From assembly GCA_002269645.1 (NCBI GenBank), contig NIVC01000405.1, positions 314,173 to 378,172 of the forward strand: a DNA stretch of 64,000 nt. The letters run 5' to 3'. The position numbers were made by a program, and so were the translations under genes. This DNA comes from Macrostomum lignano. Taxonomy: Eukaryota. Of the stretch, positions 1 through 13,280 are shown piece after piece; the stretch's first letter is position 1; the number at the start of each line of letters is the position of its first letter. The notes under the pieces were generated by a model, which saw only the letters and a program-made list of their open reading frames with translations, was not told the origin of the DNA and did not search any database.

Positions 1-341
1 ATATAGGCCACATAGGTGATAATGCTCAGCTTCTCGGGTGTAGCCATTTCCTCCGCATCTAGCAAAGCCGGTATGCCAATAGTTTCGGCAATACGAAATG
101 CCAATTGATTATTTTGAAGCCAATTATCAGCTTTAAGCGAATGAAAATCGATAAGCTCGGGCCTGTACCGATGCAGGATCGCGCAGAATGCTAATCCGTC
201 TCGGAAACTGCTTGTAAAATTGGTCACCTTCACGCCCGGATATCCGTCTGTCTGGGCCTGGCACCAGCGTAGCAGGCTTTGAATCTTGTCCGCTGAAGAC
301 GGACTCGAAGCTGACACCGTTGTGGAAGCTCTGCCAGCCAT
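1..341 (-). CDS. N-terminal calponin-homology (CH) domain protein, MICAL-like/EHBP1/smoothelin type; runs off the window edge
   Basis: Hand translation of the minus strand from ATG at 341: [113 protein letters not shown]. This is the type-2 CH signature ([29 protein letters not shown]). Probable 5'UTR intron at about 353-409 (GTATGT donor, CAG acceptor). Confidence 0.85.
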   Translation of the reverse strand, partial: MAGRASTTVSASSPSSADKIQSLLRWCQAQTDGYPGVKVTNFTSSFRDGLAFCAILHRYRPELIDFHSLKADNWLQNNQLAFRIAETIGIPALLDAEEMATPEKLSIITYVAY

Positions 342-496
342 TCGATTGTCATCTGGGATCATGAAGAGTTGTTTATGGGGGAATATATAAGCGGATTTAG
401 TTACATACCTTTACTTCAAACTATTTAGCACATTTCCAACTTAACGGACCGAGTAGTCGATGAGAATGAGAATCATTGGAGCTGAGTGGCAGTTAG

Positions 497-840
497 ATAT
501 GAGGGATCAGAGAGGGTAAATGGCGGTTCAATATGAGGGATCAGAGAGGGTAAATGGCGGTTCAATATGAAGAATCAGAAAGGGTGAATGATGGCTTAAT
601 TTAAGGGATCAGAGAGGGTAAATGGCGGTTCAATATGAGGGATCAGAGAGGGTAAATGGCGGTTCAATATGAGGGATCAGAGAGGGTAAATGGCGGTTCA
701 ATAAGAAGAATCAGAAAGGGTGAATGATGGCTTAATTTAAGGGATCAGAGAGGGTAAATGGCGGTTCAATAAGAAGAATCAGAAAGGGTGAATGATGGTT
801 TAATATCAGGGATCAGAGAGGATAAATGGCGGTTCAATAT
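497..840. repeat. Minisatellite, 34 bp unit ATATGAGGGATCAGAGAGGGTAAATGGCGGTTCA, about 10 copies with a variant unit
   Basis: Tandem periodicity read directly. Confidence 0.9.
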
Positions 841-1310
841 TACGCAATAAATCTGAGAATCAAGAAGTAAGAATCAAAGGATTAAGATGACGATTCTAAT
901 GTAAGAATTAAATATTTGACAACTTTCCAAGCTTTTGCTAACAATTAAATACGAGCGTAATAATAACATTAGTAGCTGCAACGTCAAGCAATTCTGTTCT
1001 TTTCCAATATAATTAATATAATAGCCAGCATTGCCAGTCACGTGACATTCAAACAGAGCGATAATTAGGCAATGTTAACAAAAAACAGTAGCAAAAGTAT
1101 AATGTAAATTGTTTTTTCAGAACTAAAATTAACATAACCGAGAAATCAATCATAGTAAAAATAAAGCCACGGCTGCAGAACTCGCATCGGGTGGTCGGAA
1201 CCAGAGTTACAATGGGAAAGAAGGCTTAGAAAGGAAGCAAAATTCTACTTTAAATGTGAAAATAAAGCACAATAGCGACAAATTAAATTTCCCCAAATTA
1301 AACTCGTTTT

Positions 1311-1830
1311 TATGAGACTCATTTCTTAGAATAGACCCGTTGCTACTGCTTTGAGACTCATTTCTAAGAATAGACCCGTTGCTATGCGACTCATTTTTAA
1401 GAATAGTAGACCCGTTGCTATGCGACTCATTTCGAAGAATAGACCCGTTGCTATGCAACTCATTTCTAAGAGTAGACCCGTTGCTATGCGACTCATTTCT
1501 AAGAATAGTAGACCCGTTGCTATGCGACTCATTTCGAAGAATAGACCCGTTGCTATGCAACTCATTTCTAAGAGTAGACCCGTTGCTATGCGACTCATTT
1601 TTAAGAATAGTAGACCCGTTGCTATGCGACTCATTTCGAAGAATAGACCCGTTGCTATGCAACTCATTTCTAAGAGTAGACCCGTTGCTATGCGACTCAT
1701 TTCTAAGAATAGTAGACCCGTTGCTATGCGACTCATTTCGAAGAATAGACCCGTTGCTATGCAACTCATTTCTAAGAGTAGACCCGTTGCTATGCGACTC
1801 ATTTCTAAGAATAGAACCGTTGCTATGGGA
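1311..1830. repeat. Minisatellite, 33/36 bp units (GACCCGTTGCTATGCGACTCATTTCTAAGAATA) with a 102/204 bp higher-order period
   Basis: Direct periodicity; the ORF-track translations repeat as 12+11+11 aa blocks. Confidence 0.92.
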
Positions 1831-1943
1831 CTTTTCGCTATGAAACTGGTTTCTAATAATTTTTAAGAAAGCATTTTAATAAAGCCCTAGGTTTAAACGA
1901 ACACAATATTTGCCGTAGTAGTTCATTATTAATGAATAGATTG

Positions 1944-2429
1944 CTAAGCCACCAATACACCGCCCCCAGATCCGCTGTCTCCATCGGGCTTGTTGCTGCC
2001 GCTGCTGCCACCGCTACCGCCTGCGGCAGCCGCATCGCTAGGCCGTTCGCCAGCCAGCCGGATTCCGTGCTTCTCTTTAAATTCGTTCAATTCGCGGCCC
2101 TTGTCTTCTAGGCGCTGTTTCATCTGTTCAACAAGAGCCAGCATCTGTTCCCGATTGGTAGACAGAGTTGGCAGGACTTCCCCGGCTGTGCGTTCAACTA
2201 ACACGCTGCCAACCATGCGATAGCACTTCCTATCTGGTTGGACTTTCTCTAACACGTCAATAACTAGGCCGAATTCGCGGGCCTCCATCTCCATCTGGTT
2301 GATTCGCATACCAATTTGACGCTGCTCTTCGCGCAGCACGTTGAACTGATTGACAGCCTCTTGTACGTTTTTTTTGCTAGGCGCGGCACCACTGCTGCCG
2401 CTACTGTTGCTAACCGCAGATGTTGACAT
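1944..2429 (-). CDS. PFDN2: Prefoldin subunit 2, intronless CDS
   Basis: FNVLREEQRQIGMRINQMEMEAREFGLVIDVLEKVQPDRKCYRMVGSVLVERTAGEVLPTL...KGRELNEFKEKHGIRL matches the prefoldin beta/PFDN2 pattern (RKCYRMVGGVLVERTV.EVLP.L). Confidence 0.95.
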   Translation of the reverse strand: MSTSAVSNSSGSSGAAPSKKNVQEAVNQFNVLREEQRQIGMRINQMEMEAREFGLVIDVLEKVQPDRKCYRMVGSVLVERTAGEVLPTLSTNREQMLALVEQMKQRLEDKGRELNEFKEKHGIRLAGERPSDAAAAGGSGGSSGSNKPDGDSGSGGGVLVA

Positions 2430-5004
2430 ATTGGATATTTTTAGAGCTAGTTTAACCTCTCTGCAATTAGGGTATAGTAAAAAAATATTACAATATAAGA
2501 AATGTTGCAGTGCATGTTTTGCTACTAGTTAGTAGTATCTAGTATGAGCTAACTTATTTTATTTCTTTCACGATTCGTTTCTTTTATGGACTAAAAGCAT
2601 ACATGCAACATTATATTGAGAAGCAGAGAAGGACACGCAATAAATATGGATTCAATAATTTATTCACTTATTAGCTAATTTAAATGCCATTTCAAGGCAT
2701 ACCCAACCCAGGATGCTTTCGAAACAAATATGCCATTTTGCAAGCATCAAAGAAGTGCAACCTTTAAACTTCTTGAGTACAGTTCTAAAATGCTCAAACT
2801 TTCGGCAGGCACATTCACATGGTATTTCTGTGAAACTTTATGCATCAATAAAACAAACATAAAAGAGAATGTAGGTCAAATTTAAACTTATTTAAATAAT
2901 CCTGCTGTCCACAGAGAATACAATCTGGAAACTTTTGCAACACCCCTCATATATCAGTAACTGGGTGTTTGCTGTATAAATAAGAACAGTTACTAAAAAT
3001 ACCACAATTTATTCAAATTATTGCCAACATTCCTGTCCTACTTCTAGACATAGTAAACATCTTGCTTTGGTCTAGAATCAACTGAATCGATTTGGTTGCT
3101 ATTGACAAGCAAATAACATGAAAAGCTCTTCCAATCACTGTGTACTTCAGTGCAGCAAATTGTGGCAAATGCAAAGTAGCATGTGAAGGCTAATATTATA
3201 TGTTTAAACAGGCTAGCTGGGCCAATAAAAAAAGTAAGTTTCTGTTAATAGAAAGAGCAATATCTGGGATCATGTCTAGCCCAAATTTAATATCCAAAAT
3301 GATGTTAAATTTTGACAGCTAAACATGCACAATCATTGACCAGATGGTTCTTGATTCCAAGTTTTAGAAGCTATTAGGATGATAAGTTGGATGCCAAAAA
3401 ACACCAGCAATTCAATAGTATGAGTTCAATGGGATTATGGGAAGGCAATTGACATCCTACACTATTGATAGGAAAGGTGTGATCTTTACTAGTGGCTATG
3501 CGGAAAATACATCCTATCAATCTGATGACAACATGTAAGACTTGTTAATCATCCACTGAAGGATAAAGCCATATCTGACATTGACAAAGCAGATTTTGTG
3601 GCAACATTTTTAATACTATTATATAGTGTGCAACTATTTCTGTTTGTTGCTTTTTCAAATCTATGGTCAGACCTTCACAATAAAACATGTGGCTTTTAAT
3701 GATATAAGTTCATAGTATAAAACTGTTTTGCAATTAGACCCCTATAGCCTAAGCTAATACTTAAAAGGGAAAGGACTTATGGGAATATCCATCTCTTGTA
3801 AATACTACTATAAGAGTGCAAGCTAATGGACTATCTAAATTTTCTAGTGTGGATAAATGACACATTCAGCCTTTCTAGCCTATAGTACTTTAAAGTGGCT
3901 AGTCAAGACATTCATCAAAAGCATCAAAGCTAGCTACACTTGCCAAGCTTATTACAAGATAACTAGATGAGTTTTGGCTACATAATGGTTTACATTTATA
4001 TTTAGATGACACAAAAACTATTTTTTTCTAGTAGTAAAGAAGCCTTCATAAGTAGAATTTAATATATTTTTACAATATTTTTTTTATTTTTGACTTTTCA
4101 TACCAAAACTTACCATTTTTTATGAAATTAAATACTAGCTAGTGCCTAGGCCTAGGCAAAACTATAGTGAAATAGTAATATAATTGCAAGGCCTATAAAA
4201 TAAAATTAGATAGGAAGAGAAGCCTTTAGTTATATCAGAAATAGATATGACTTCTATATAGATAGCCAACTTAGGGAAAATACAATTATTTATATATAAT
4301 AGAAGGAACATATATAGATAATAAGGTAAATAATAAGAAGCCTTGTCTATTATATCATTCTTTTAATAAAAATATATTTATATATATTTTTCTCTTTGTT
4401 ATATAGTTTTTTTGTTGAATTTTAATTCTATATAATTTTATTGCAAAGTCAGTCTAGATGCATTTAGGAAAAATCTACTCACCTATTTATACTAAAATCT
4501 TCTTTCTCTATGTATTGCATATTGGCCATTGTTATGAAAGCATCTAATATCTACCATAAAATTGGAAATGTGACTTTGGTATATTTTCTTATGATAATAT
4601 ACTATATATTTTGCAACTTAAAAAATGTCTATGGTCTAGTCCAATCCAAACTTCTATGGTCTTTAACAAGTTAATAAATAATTAATAAATAGAAATAAAG
4701 TCTTAAGTTTATCAGCTACAGTACTTAACTTTTTAATGTCATGGCTGGACACTCTCCTGCATCATTGTTTATTGTTCTTCCTGCACAAGTGCATCCAGCA
4801 TTGGCTTTGTGTGATATGGAAATAACTATGTGAGACCTTGCTATGATGACAGCTATAATATGCAATCTAATATCATCAAGGTGATCAGTTCATTGATAGT
4901 TATGCTTGGGTCTATCTTGGTTGCCATGCCTAAGTCTTAATCTGGAGATTCCTTTAATGAATGGAACTTGACAATTGCCTACTTTTGTATATTGTATGCC
5001 GAAT

Positions 5005-5206
5005 CAGTAGCTCAACTAGAAATTTTTCAAGGGGGGGGGGGGCGGGGGCAGATTCTGAGGGTAAAGTCTAGGAGGGGGGCAGTGGAGGGGTGCTCTGTGC
5101 CTTTGTTTTTGGCGAAAATTTGCTTTGTCTCTCCTTTGATTTTTTTCAGTCCCCCACCTAAGGGGGGGGGGCGACTACCCCCGCCCCCCCCCTGGTTGTG
5201 CCACTG
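5005..5206. mobile_element. Old hAT-like MITE (about 200 bp)
   Basis: Imperfect TIRs CAGTAGCTCAACTAG / CTGGTTGTGCCACTG (11 of 15 match), degenerate 8 bp flanks TGCCGAAT vs TGCCAACC, and G/C-run interior. Confidence 0.45.
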
Positions 5207-6210
5207 TGCCAACCAAATACAAGTTTTTTTTAGATTCAAGCATGTCAAATATGTATACCAATGAACAATAAAAGGATAAATGCATGCTAGAAAAATTCTG
5301 GCATATAGGACAGCTCCTAGCCCTAGGTCTACTCAAGAAATAAAAATGTTTATGAATATCAACAGAGCTATAAAGAAATGCAAGACATAGGCCTAGGCCT
5401 ATCCAAAAATGAACAATGGGTCACCTGGACAATGAACAATGCCATAGCCTAGCTCCCTCCTATCAAAAGCAGTAGGCCCCTACTAATTTTCATTTTTGTA
5501 CCTCCTATCCTCGTTATGTATTTTTCAGTAAAACCTTGCCTTTTAAATTTTTTAGGAAACGCAGGCCTAGTTTCCTCCTTAATCACAATCACAACGCTGC
5601 AACACGCAAGTTCAAACGGCGACCACGTTTAGATAATGCTAGACTAGATAGATTAATAATGATTTGACACCTCACCTAGAGACAAAAACTCATTATTGAT
5701 ATGTAGGATTATTTTGCTAATATTAAAAATATGACGCTTTTAATTTCGTTGATGGAAGTCGAGCTCGTGTCGCTGAGTGTCAGAAGACTTATCAGTCAGT
5801 CAATTAAAAACTTGCATTTCTTAAGAATTTTTATGATGTTTTGTTAAACACTGTTGTAATGCAAACTCTAATACTTTTGCCAAAAATTCTAACAATTAGG
5901 TCAGAAAGTGATATATGAGAACGCTTGTTGAAAATTATCTTCAATATTTCTGTAATTTTTTATTATACTGTAACTTTAAAAAATTAAATATTTAAAATTG
6001 AAGATTTGCACAACAAATTTCAAAGTTTCAAAGTTCGTTTTTCACGCTTTGAAATATTGCGCGCTTGCAAAATACTAGATATCTTTTTACAAAAAACGCT
6101 CTTTCAAATACCTTAATAATTTTACAAATATCGTAACTCGCATCGTAACTCGTGTAAAAATTTAACCTTTTGAACAAATTTAACTTTTTGAACTTAATCG
6201 TAATTAAACA

Positions 6211-6296
6211 ACTAATGCTAAAATAACTTAAATACACAGAAATATACTGGCCAAACAGGCTTCTTGCCTGAGCCAACTTACTACTACTACTACTAA
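6211..6296 (+). mobile_element. 3' tail of a SINE/LINE-like dispersed repeat ending in (CTA)n; second copy at about 51765-51877
   Basis: TAAATACACAGAAATATA[C/T]TGGCCAAACAGGCTTCTTGCCTGAGCC followed by a CTA microsatellite at both loci, with a small AGGC-TTCTT-GCCT hairpin before the tail. Confidence 0.55.
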
Positions 6297-7816
6297 AAAA
6301 TTTTAAAATATAGTTCTCTATCAGTTAGTTATAGCTTCTTGAAAAAAATTGCTTTATGCAAGCAAAACTTCTTTCGCAGTGTCTGCGGCATTGTGAAAAA
6401 GGTTTTAGCTACAAAGTGTGTCAACTTACTAACTGTAGTTTTCCTACTTTTTTGCGTCGCCTTGCCCCTGATAAAAACTTTTAATCATTATTTGTAAAGA
6501 TTAGGCCTAGACCGCCTAGGGGCCTAGTCTAACTAAGCTAAGGCTTATTTCTACATGAATAAAATGCACTTGCTATTGTGACTGTATAAATAGGAAAATG
6601 ATAGTTTATATGCTCAGTGTGTAAGAAACTATCGGAGCATAAGCTTTTAACCTAATGTAGGCCTAGGCCTAAGCTGGCTAAGCATATTTATATATTTATT
6701 TATACCGCGCACCATATATATATATATATATATAGGCCTATATAACAAAACTATTGTTTTTATAGTTGCCATTCCATAGGCCTGCCTATGGTATGGCCAA
6801 AAATAGGCCATATGTATGGCAATGGCAACTATAATCATAGTCAGGAAGGTGGCACAGTGTGTGCTAGAATAATTTTTGGGAAAAGATCTATGTGCCATTT
6901 ATATACCTTAGTTTAGATTGTATATTATTATTATGTCTAATAATATACAGTGGTAGTTTAATATTAAAAAAATAAAACCTTATTTCTAATGTCATGGTTG
7001 TCATAGTATACTAAATGACCTTCTTTGACCTTTTATCCTTTTATCACGAGTATAACTTTTGTACTAGTGCTATGCCTTTATCATAGTATACTCGAATGTT
7101 CTTTCAATGTAATAACTGTATATTCGAATCTTTCTTAGAAACTGAATCTACGCGAACGCCAAATAATAGTTTGTTTTAATGCGCGAAATAAATTGGAGAA
7201 TTATTTTTTTGTTTTAATCGTATGTGGGGAAAATCACTATATATAGGAGCGGTTTTGCGACAAATATACTCTAACTGTCTTTTACTCGTGAGCAAATAAT
7301 TGCGAACAGAATAAGCAGTTCAATCTAAACCATTTCAAAGTCTTTGAGCTAAATAGCGACTTATTTATTTGCAAAACCTGTGAAACGATTCTAAGAAATT
7401 TGCTAAGAGAAGGGAATTGGGACTAATTCTTGGAGATATACCAAGAGAGGCGCCGTGACCCTCTAGTCTCGGTGAACGCCCGATTAGGACTATTCACTAA
7501 TACATATACCAGTACTAGACCGCTCAGGCCATAAGCTACTAGAACGCTACCAGAAAGCAAGCCATAAGCTACCAGAAACGCTACTAAGAACGCTACCAGA
7601 AACGCTACTAAGAACGCTACCCAGAAATATTTAAATGAAATTCTAAGAAATAGTTAGGGAGTAAAAGCAAGTATAATCAGGATAACTGTAGTTGGCAAAT
7701 CGGTGGGATTAAAATTGATAAAGTAAGAGGTGAAAGGCCTGTAACAACTTTGGTGGCAGCTCGTAGGATATTTAATAAACACTAATAGTTAGAAGTTTAG
7801 AAAGACAGAGCCAAAA

Positions 7817-8979
7817 GGCCTGTCACACTTTGGCCGTCAACTTTTCTGTCAACTTTTCCGTTAACTTTTCCGTCAACTTTTCCGTCAACTTTTCCGTTAA
7901 CTTTTCCGTCAACTTTTCCGTCAAGTATTCCGTCAACTTTTCCGTCAACAATTTATTGTTCTGAAAAAACATATGTGACTTTCTCAAATACTAATAGGAT
8001 CGTCATGCGAGTAGCTCTTTGATCATTTATTGTGTTTGCATGCTTATATATATCGATGAAAAAACAAGCCTGCGTTAGTAACAACGTACATATCTTTTCC
8101 ATTTTCCCTAGTACCAGCGCTTTATTTCACAAAGATAAATCGATGAACAAGTGCAGATGTTGTAGTGCAGGTAGTGCAGCAATACCAATTAAATTCTGGA
8201 ACATGTCACGCTGGAAATTTTTGGGTGTGTTTTTTTATTTCTAATTTATACATGTACATGTGTATATACTCAACAAACTTAAAGCATGTATAAGGAACTA
8301 AGGAAACTGCACTTATGCAAAAAATTAACACTTTCCATTCAGAGTACACAAAAAGTTTGATAGAATATATTTTACGGACTTGCATAAATGTTGATGAAAT
8401 AGAGCCTCTTCACGGCAATCGGTTCTAGAACCAGAATAAATTCGAGTTCTAGAATCAGAACCAGTGTGAAATGAGGAGCTTCGAACCCATTTTATGTTTG
8501 ACAGTCTTTACAATTAGATTTTTTCGTTCTTTGACTTCGTTTCCTCTTGGATATGACAAAAAAGGAATAATTATGTAACAATAATAAAAAATTGACGATT
8601 TCAAATATATTTTACTGTTAAAGTGTAAACATGACAATGGTTCGAGAAAATTTCTCGAACCATATTCTAGAACCAGAACCATGTTCCGGAACCGGTTCCG
8701 TTTTTCGAACCGGCGATATGAAGAGGCTCATATAGTTAACGGAAAAGTGATGAGATATTTGGCGGAAAAGTTAACGGAATAGTAAACGGAAATGTTGACA
8801 GAAGAGTTAACGGAAAAATTTATCGGAATACTTGACGGAATAGTTAACGGAAAAGTTAACGGAAAAGTTGACGGAATAGTTAACGGAAAAAGTTATTTAT
8901 CCTACTAACACGAAAAGTTGACGGAATAGTTGACGGAATAATTAACGGAAAAGTTGACGGAAAAGTTGACGGCCAAAGT
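7817..8979. mobile_element. Foldback-type non-autonomous DNA element with TIRs built from 12 bp tandem subunits
   Basis: The left array (TTTTCCGTCAAC)n at about 7827-7950 and the right array (GTTGACGGAAAA)n at about 8733-8979 are inverted. The outer ends ACTTTGGCCGTCAAC / GTTGACGGCCAAAGT match. The right end appears clipped and no TSD was found. Confidence 0.65.
8402..8729. mobile_element. 328 bp MITE, PIF/Harbinger-like, nested in the foldback element
   Basis: Perfect 11 bp TIR GAGCCTCTTCA / TGAAGAGGCTC, 3 bp direct repeat ATA on both sides, and subterminal TTCTAGAACC repeats. Confidence 0.75.
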
Positions 8980-10789
8980 TATACTCGTCTTTTATCCTTT
9001 TACCTTTTTAGGCCCCCATAGTCAAGATGATGTACATTACGCCGGACTTTTTTTTGCGTACAGTTGGCATAAAAAATGAGGCAAAATATATTTGGCGTAC
9101 CTTTTGGAGTGATGCCGTGGCGTAAATACGCCAAGTAGCATATGCCAACTCCAACCTTCATGCCAAAGTTAATACTAACAATTGTTGGCATAATGCCGTA
9201 ACCTGGGAATCTTATTATAAAACCTTAAAAACCGTAAAACTCGTAAGATGATTAAGTTCATAACTATTTGTGATTTATAAAAATTTAAAATTCCATGCAG
9301 ACTAATCGTGTAATTTTCTAAAAAAACTTAATCAAAAAAATGATTTTTGTTGGCATTATCTGTAAGCCAATTTACTTTGAATTAAAACCACACATTTGTT
9401 AAATAATTTATTTGAAGAAAAAGAAATTTTTGTAACACGCAAAAAAGGTCATTTATTGTCGCAAAGCCTAGAAAACCTGGCAGAAGTTCCTAGGACCTTG
9501 GCGTACGTTTCAGTATGAAGTGGTATAGATTTTTTAGGGGACTTTTTTATTCCAGCATATACCATGACATGATCCTGACTATGGCTAGGCCCCTATCATA
9601 GTAGTACACATTAAAAATGCTATGTATAATATTAATATAGAAATGATGGCCCCTAAGTACATTTTTGCTTAGGCCTAACCTTTGTTGCGCATCTGCGCAT
9701 TTTATACATTGAATATTGTAGGGACTAATTGGGCAATTCCATGAGTAGGTTATTACTAGATCAAAAATTAAAACTTTGTTGACTATTAACAATTTTGTTT
9801 TTAAGTTAAGGCCTAGTTAAGCATACATATATTTTATATAGGCTCCTTTTTATATTTCTCAATAGTTAGGCCTACTTATTTTCATTTGAATATTTGCTTA
9901 GGGAATAAAATATAATTTTATTCCCTAAACATTTGGTAAACTGATTGATCTGGCTAGCTAGCAAAGGGCCTAGCCAAGGAACATTGCAAAAGGGCTTACC
10001 TGAAAAGACTCAAGAGCAAGTAATTTGCACATAGTACTAATTAGATGACAAGGTATTAAGCCTTAATATTAAATACAGTTATTAACTTAGTTAGTATTAA
10101 ATATAGATATGTTACCAACAAGTAGCACCTCCCATTGCCGCATTGGGATCAAAAAATATAATACATGTTTTATAATAAACTAAATATAATATCTCTTTGC
10201 AATAGGCCTATACCTCAGTAGTCCCTTATAAGCTTTGACATATCAGTAATTCCTCCCACAAGCCTTAACATTAACTTCCCCCTTGATATCTCAGCAATGC
10301 TTCCTTTAAGCCTTGAAATCTAAAAAAATCTGTCAACCTTCTAACCTTAACCCTAGCCTAAACCTAACCCTTCTTAAGTTTAGGTTTAGGAATGATTTAG
10401 GAATAGATATTAAGGCGCATGACCAAGATGGCCACACACCAAGATGGCCACAGCTCTGAATGGCTGCTTGGATAGGAATAGGTCTATATATTTCCTCATT
10501 TCCTATTGGCTGTGATTGGGGTAGGGTATGATGTAGCTTCAAGTCTCGGAGAAAACAGATTTCGTTGGTGAAATTAGACTAAGTAAAACAAAAAACACTT
10601 CCCTTTACAGCAGGTATTACTACCTACTAAAGCTATAGTAGCACTACTAGCACAAGACATTTAATTTTTGTATCATGGATAATAGTTTCAAACCTATCTC
10701 AATATACTAAAACTGACGTGTTGTTTGTATATGTTAAAAGTTAAAGGCAGAGGGTAAAGTTATTAGTTATGATAGAAGTAAGCAAAAAT

Positions 10790-13280
10790 TGGAGTGCCCT
10801 CTTGTCTCTCATCTTTTCTCTCATCTCAGCCCTCTCGTCTCTAATCTTTTCTCTCTCTCATCTCTGCCCACTCCTCTCTCATCTCTTGCCCTCTCCTCTC
10901 TCTCATCTATTCTCTCTCATGTCTGCCCTCTTCTCTCTTTTCTCTCTCATCTCTGCCCTCTCCTGTATCATCTTTCTCTCTCTTATCTCTGCCCTCTCCT
11001 CTCATCTCTTGCCCTCTCTCTCTCATCTATTCTCTCTCTCATGTCTGCCCTCTTGTCTCATCTTTTCTCTCTCATGTCTGCCCTCTCCTCTCATCTTTTC
11101 TCTCTCTCATCTCTGCCCTCTCCTCTCTCCTCTCCCCACCTCTCTCCTCTCCTCTCTCCTCTCCTCTCTCCTCACCTCTGCTCTCATCTTCCTTTTCCTC
11201 TTCATTCTCTTCTCCCTTTCCTCCTTTCTCCTCTCCATTAATCTCCCTTCTCCTCTCTCTCCGCTCGTATTTAATCTCTCCTCTCATCAACTCTCTTCTC
11301 CTTTATTCCTTCGCCTCTCCTTTATCCTATGCTTGTATTTCTCTTCTCTATTCCTTACCCTCTCTCCTCACCTCTGGCCCGCTCTGTCATCAGGACTCCT
11401 CGCTTCGCTTTGGGGGCCAACGAAGCGGACTAGAAGGGCAGTCATGAGCTGGGTTCTCAATCGAGGTAAAAAGTTTGCCAACCCCTGCACTAAAAGCACC
11501 TGGCTTAGTCACATTAGATAAAAACTACATGTATAGTGGAATGGGATTGAGAACAACGTGAACTAGCCTCTCTACTCTCAATCTCTCTACTCTCAGCCTC
11601 TATCTACTCTCAAACTCTCTATTCTCAGCCTCTCCACTCTTAGCCTCTCTCTACTCTCAGCCTCTATCCACTCTCAACCTCTATCCCCAGCCCCTCTCTA
11701 CTCTCAGCCCCTCTCTGTTCTCAGCCCCTCTCTGCTCTCAGCCTCTCTCTACTCTCAGCCTCTACTTTCATCTTCTCTCTCAGCTCAGCTTATATCTAGT
11801 TCTAAAATCTGAAGCCATACTCAAACAAAAACTTGTCTTTCGAAAACATGTATCGTCAAAATCTCTGGCCTGCTGTCTCTCTATGTCCCTCATATCCTTT
11901 GAAACTTCTATCTTCTCTTTTGTTTCCTCTCTCTCTCTTCTCTCTCTCTCTCTCTCTCTTCTCTTCTTTCCTATCTCCTCTCTCCCATCTCTCTCGTCGA
12001 TCTTCCCTCACCTCTCTTCTCTTTCATCTTTGCTCTCTCTTCTCATTTATCTCTGGTCTCCACTCTCTCCCCTTAGGAAAGAAGGAAAGATAGGAAAGAT
12101 AGATAGCAAACATAGGAAAGAAGCCTATGTTTGAAAAAGTGCCCGACTTGTACCAGCTGAGGCCAGCTAGAAGGCAACGCGGGAGAGATATTGTTGTAGA
12201 ATATCCAATCGAGAATATGCCCACCCACCTTCTGGTGGATGGGGGGGGGCAGTGCGCTGTCTTTGCTAAGAGCCAAAAACTATTCTAAAAAAATCACTGG
12301 AAGGAGCGTGGAGGAGTTAGTCTCCCGTTCGACCCCCGCTGAGTGGCAGAATGGTAGTCAGCCGTGATTGCTTAATCCCCTCCCAATTAGCGTATTGAAA
12401 GTTTGCTCGTGTTGCCCCGTTGGATACCGCTTTTCGCTTATTTACGTGCGCTTTCCATTATATTCAAACTATGTTGTGACTCCGTGCTCATGTGGCGATG
12501 TTTAAATATTTAGGATTTGAGCTCGAACTTTGAGCTAAAATTTAAGCTCGTACGGTATGTGTTTATTCCCTATAAGTCAATAATATCTTGGAAACCGGAA
12601 AAATTTCTATGGGTCTGCCCCGCAGGAGGTCCTGCCCCGCTGTTTAAAATTTTGTAGGAACAATGGAAGTCTGGGACTGTTGAAATTAGCACATTTCAGT
12701 TTGATTTCTCGTGTTTGTTCGCACCTCGTAGGTCAGTGCGAAATTCTCAATTCTCTCTCCTCTATCATCTCGACCCTCTCTCCTATTATTTATTTCCTGT
12801 CTTATCTCCTCTCTCTCATCTCTCATCTGTACTCTCCTTTAACATCTCTCCTCTTTTTTTCCCAACTCTCCCAACTCTTCTCTCAACTTTCTCCCCTTTA
12901 CTCTTTCACCTCCCCTCTCTACTCTCTCCTCCCTCTCATCTCTCCTGCTCTCCCATATCTCTTCTCCTTTCTACTTTCTCCCTTCTCCATTCTTCTATTT
13001 CCTCTCATCTCTTCATCTCTCCTCTTCATCCCTTCCCCTCTCTTCCTGTCCTCTCGATTCTCCCCCTTTATTCTCCTTTCTCCTTCACTCCACTTCTCTT
13101 CCATTGTCTCTCATGTCTGCTCTCACATATTTCTCTTCTCTCTCCACTCGTCTCTATAATCTCTTCCCTCTCCTCTCTCCTCTGTTCTAGCTCTACTGTT
13201 GCATTTCTCGTCTCTGCTTTCTCATCTCTCCTTTCTCCTCTTTCATCTCTCCTATGAGAGATAGAGATATCCTCTTCTCT
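10790..13280. repeat. Several CT-rich low-complexity tracts (about 10790-11380, 11560-11790, 11880-12070, 12740-13280)
   Basis: Almost pure C/T plus strand; ORFs over it are Leu/Ser-only artefacts. Confidence 0.85.

Noticed and set aside
1207-1866. Four overlapping 150-185 aa ORFs
   Set aside because: They arise from a 3n-length stop-free minisatellite; no unique coding sequence or splice context.
10340-10390. TAACCC/CTAACC telomere-like stretch
   Set aside because: Short, degenerate and interstitial; not a telomeric array.
10769-13257. Leu/Ser-rich ORFs up to 250 aa (also 16450-16790 and 44807-45259)
   Set aside because: Translations of CT/GA low-complexity DNA.
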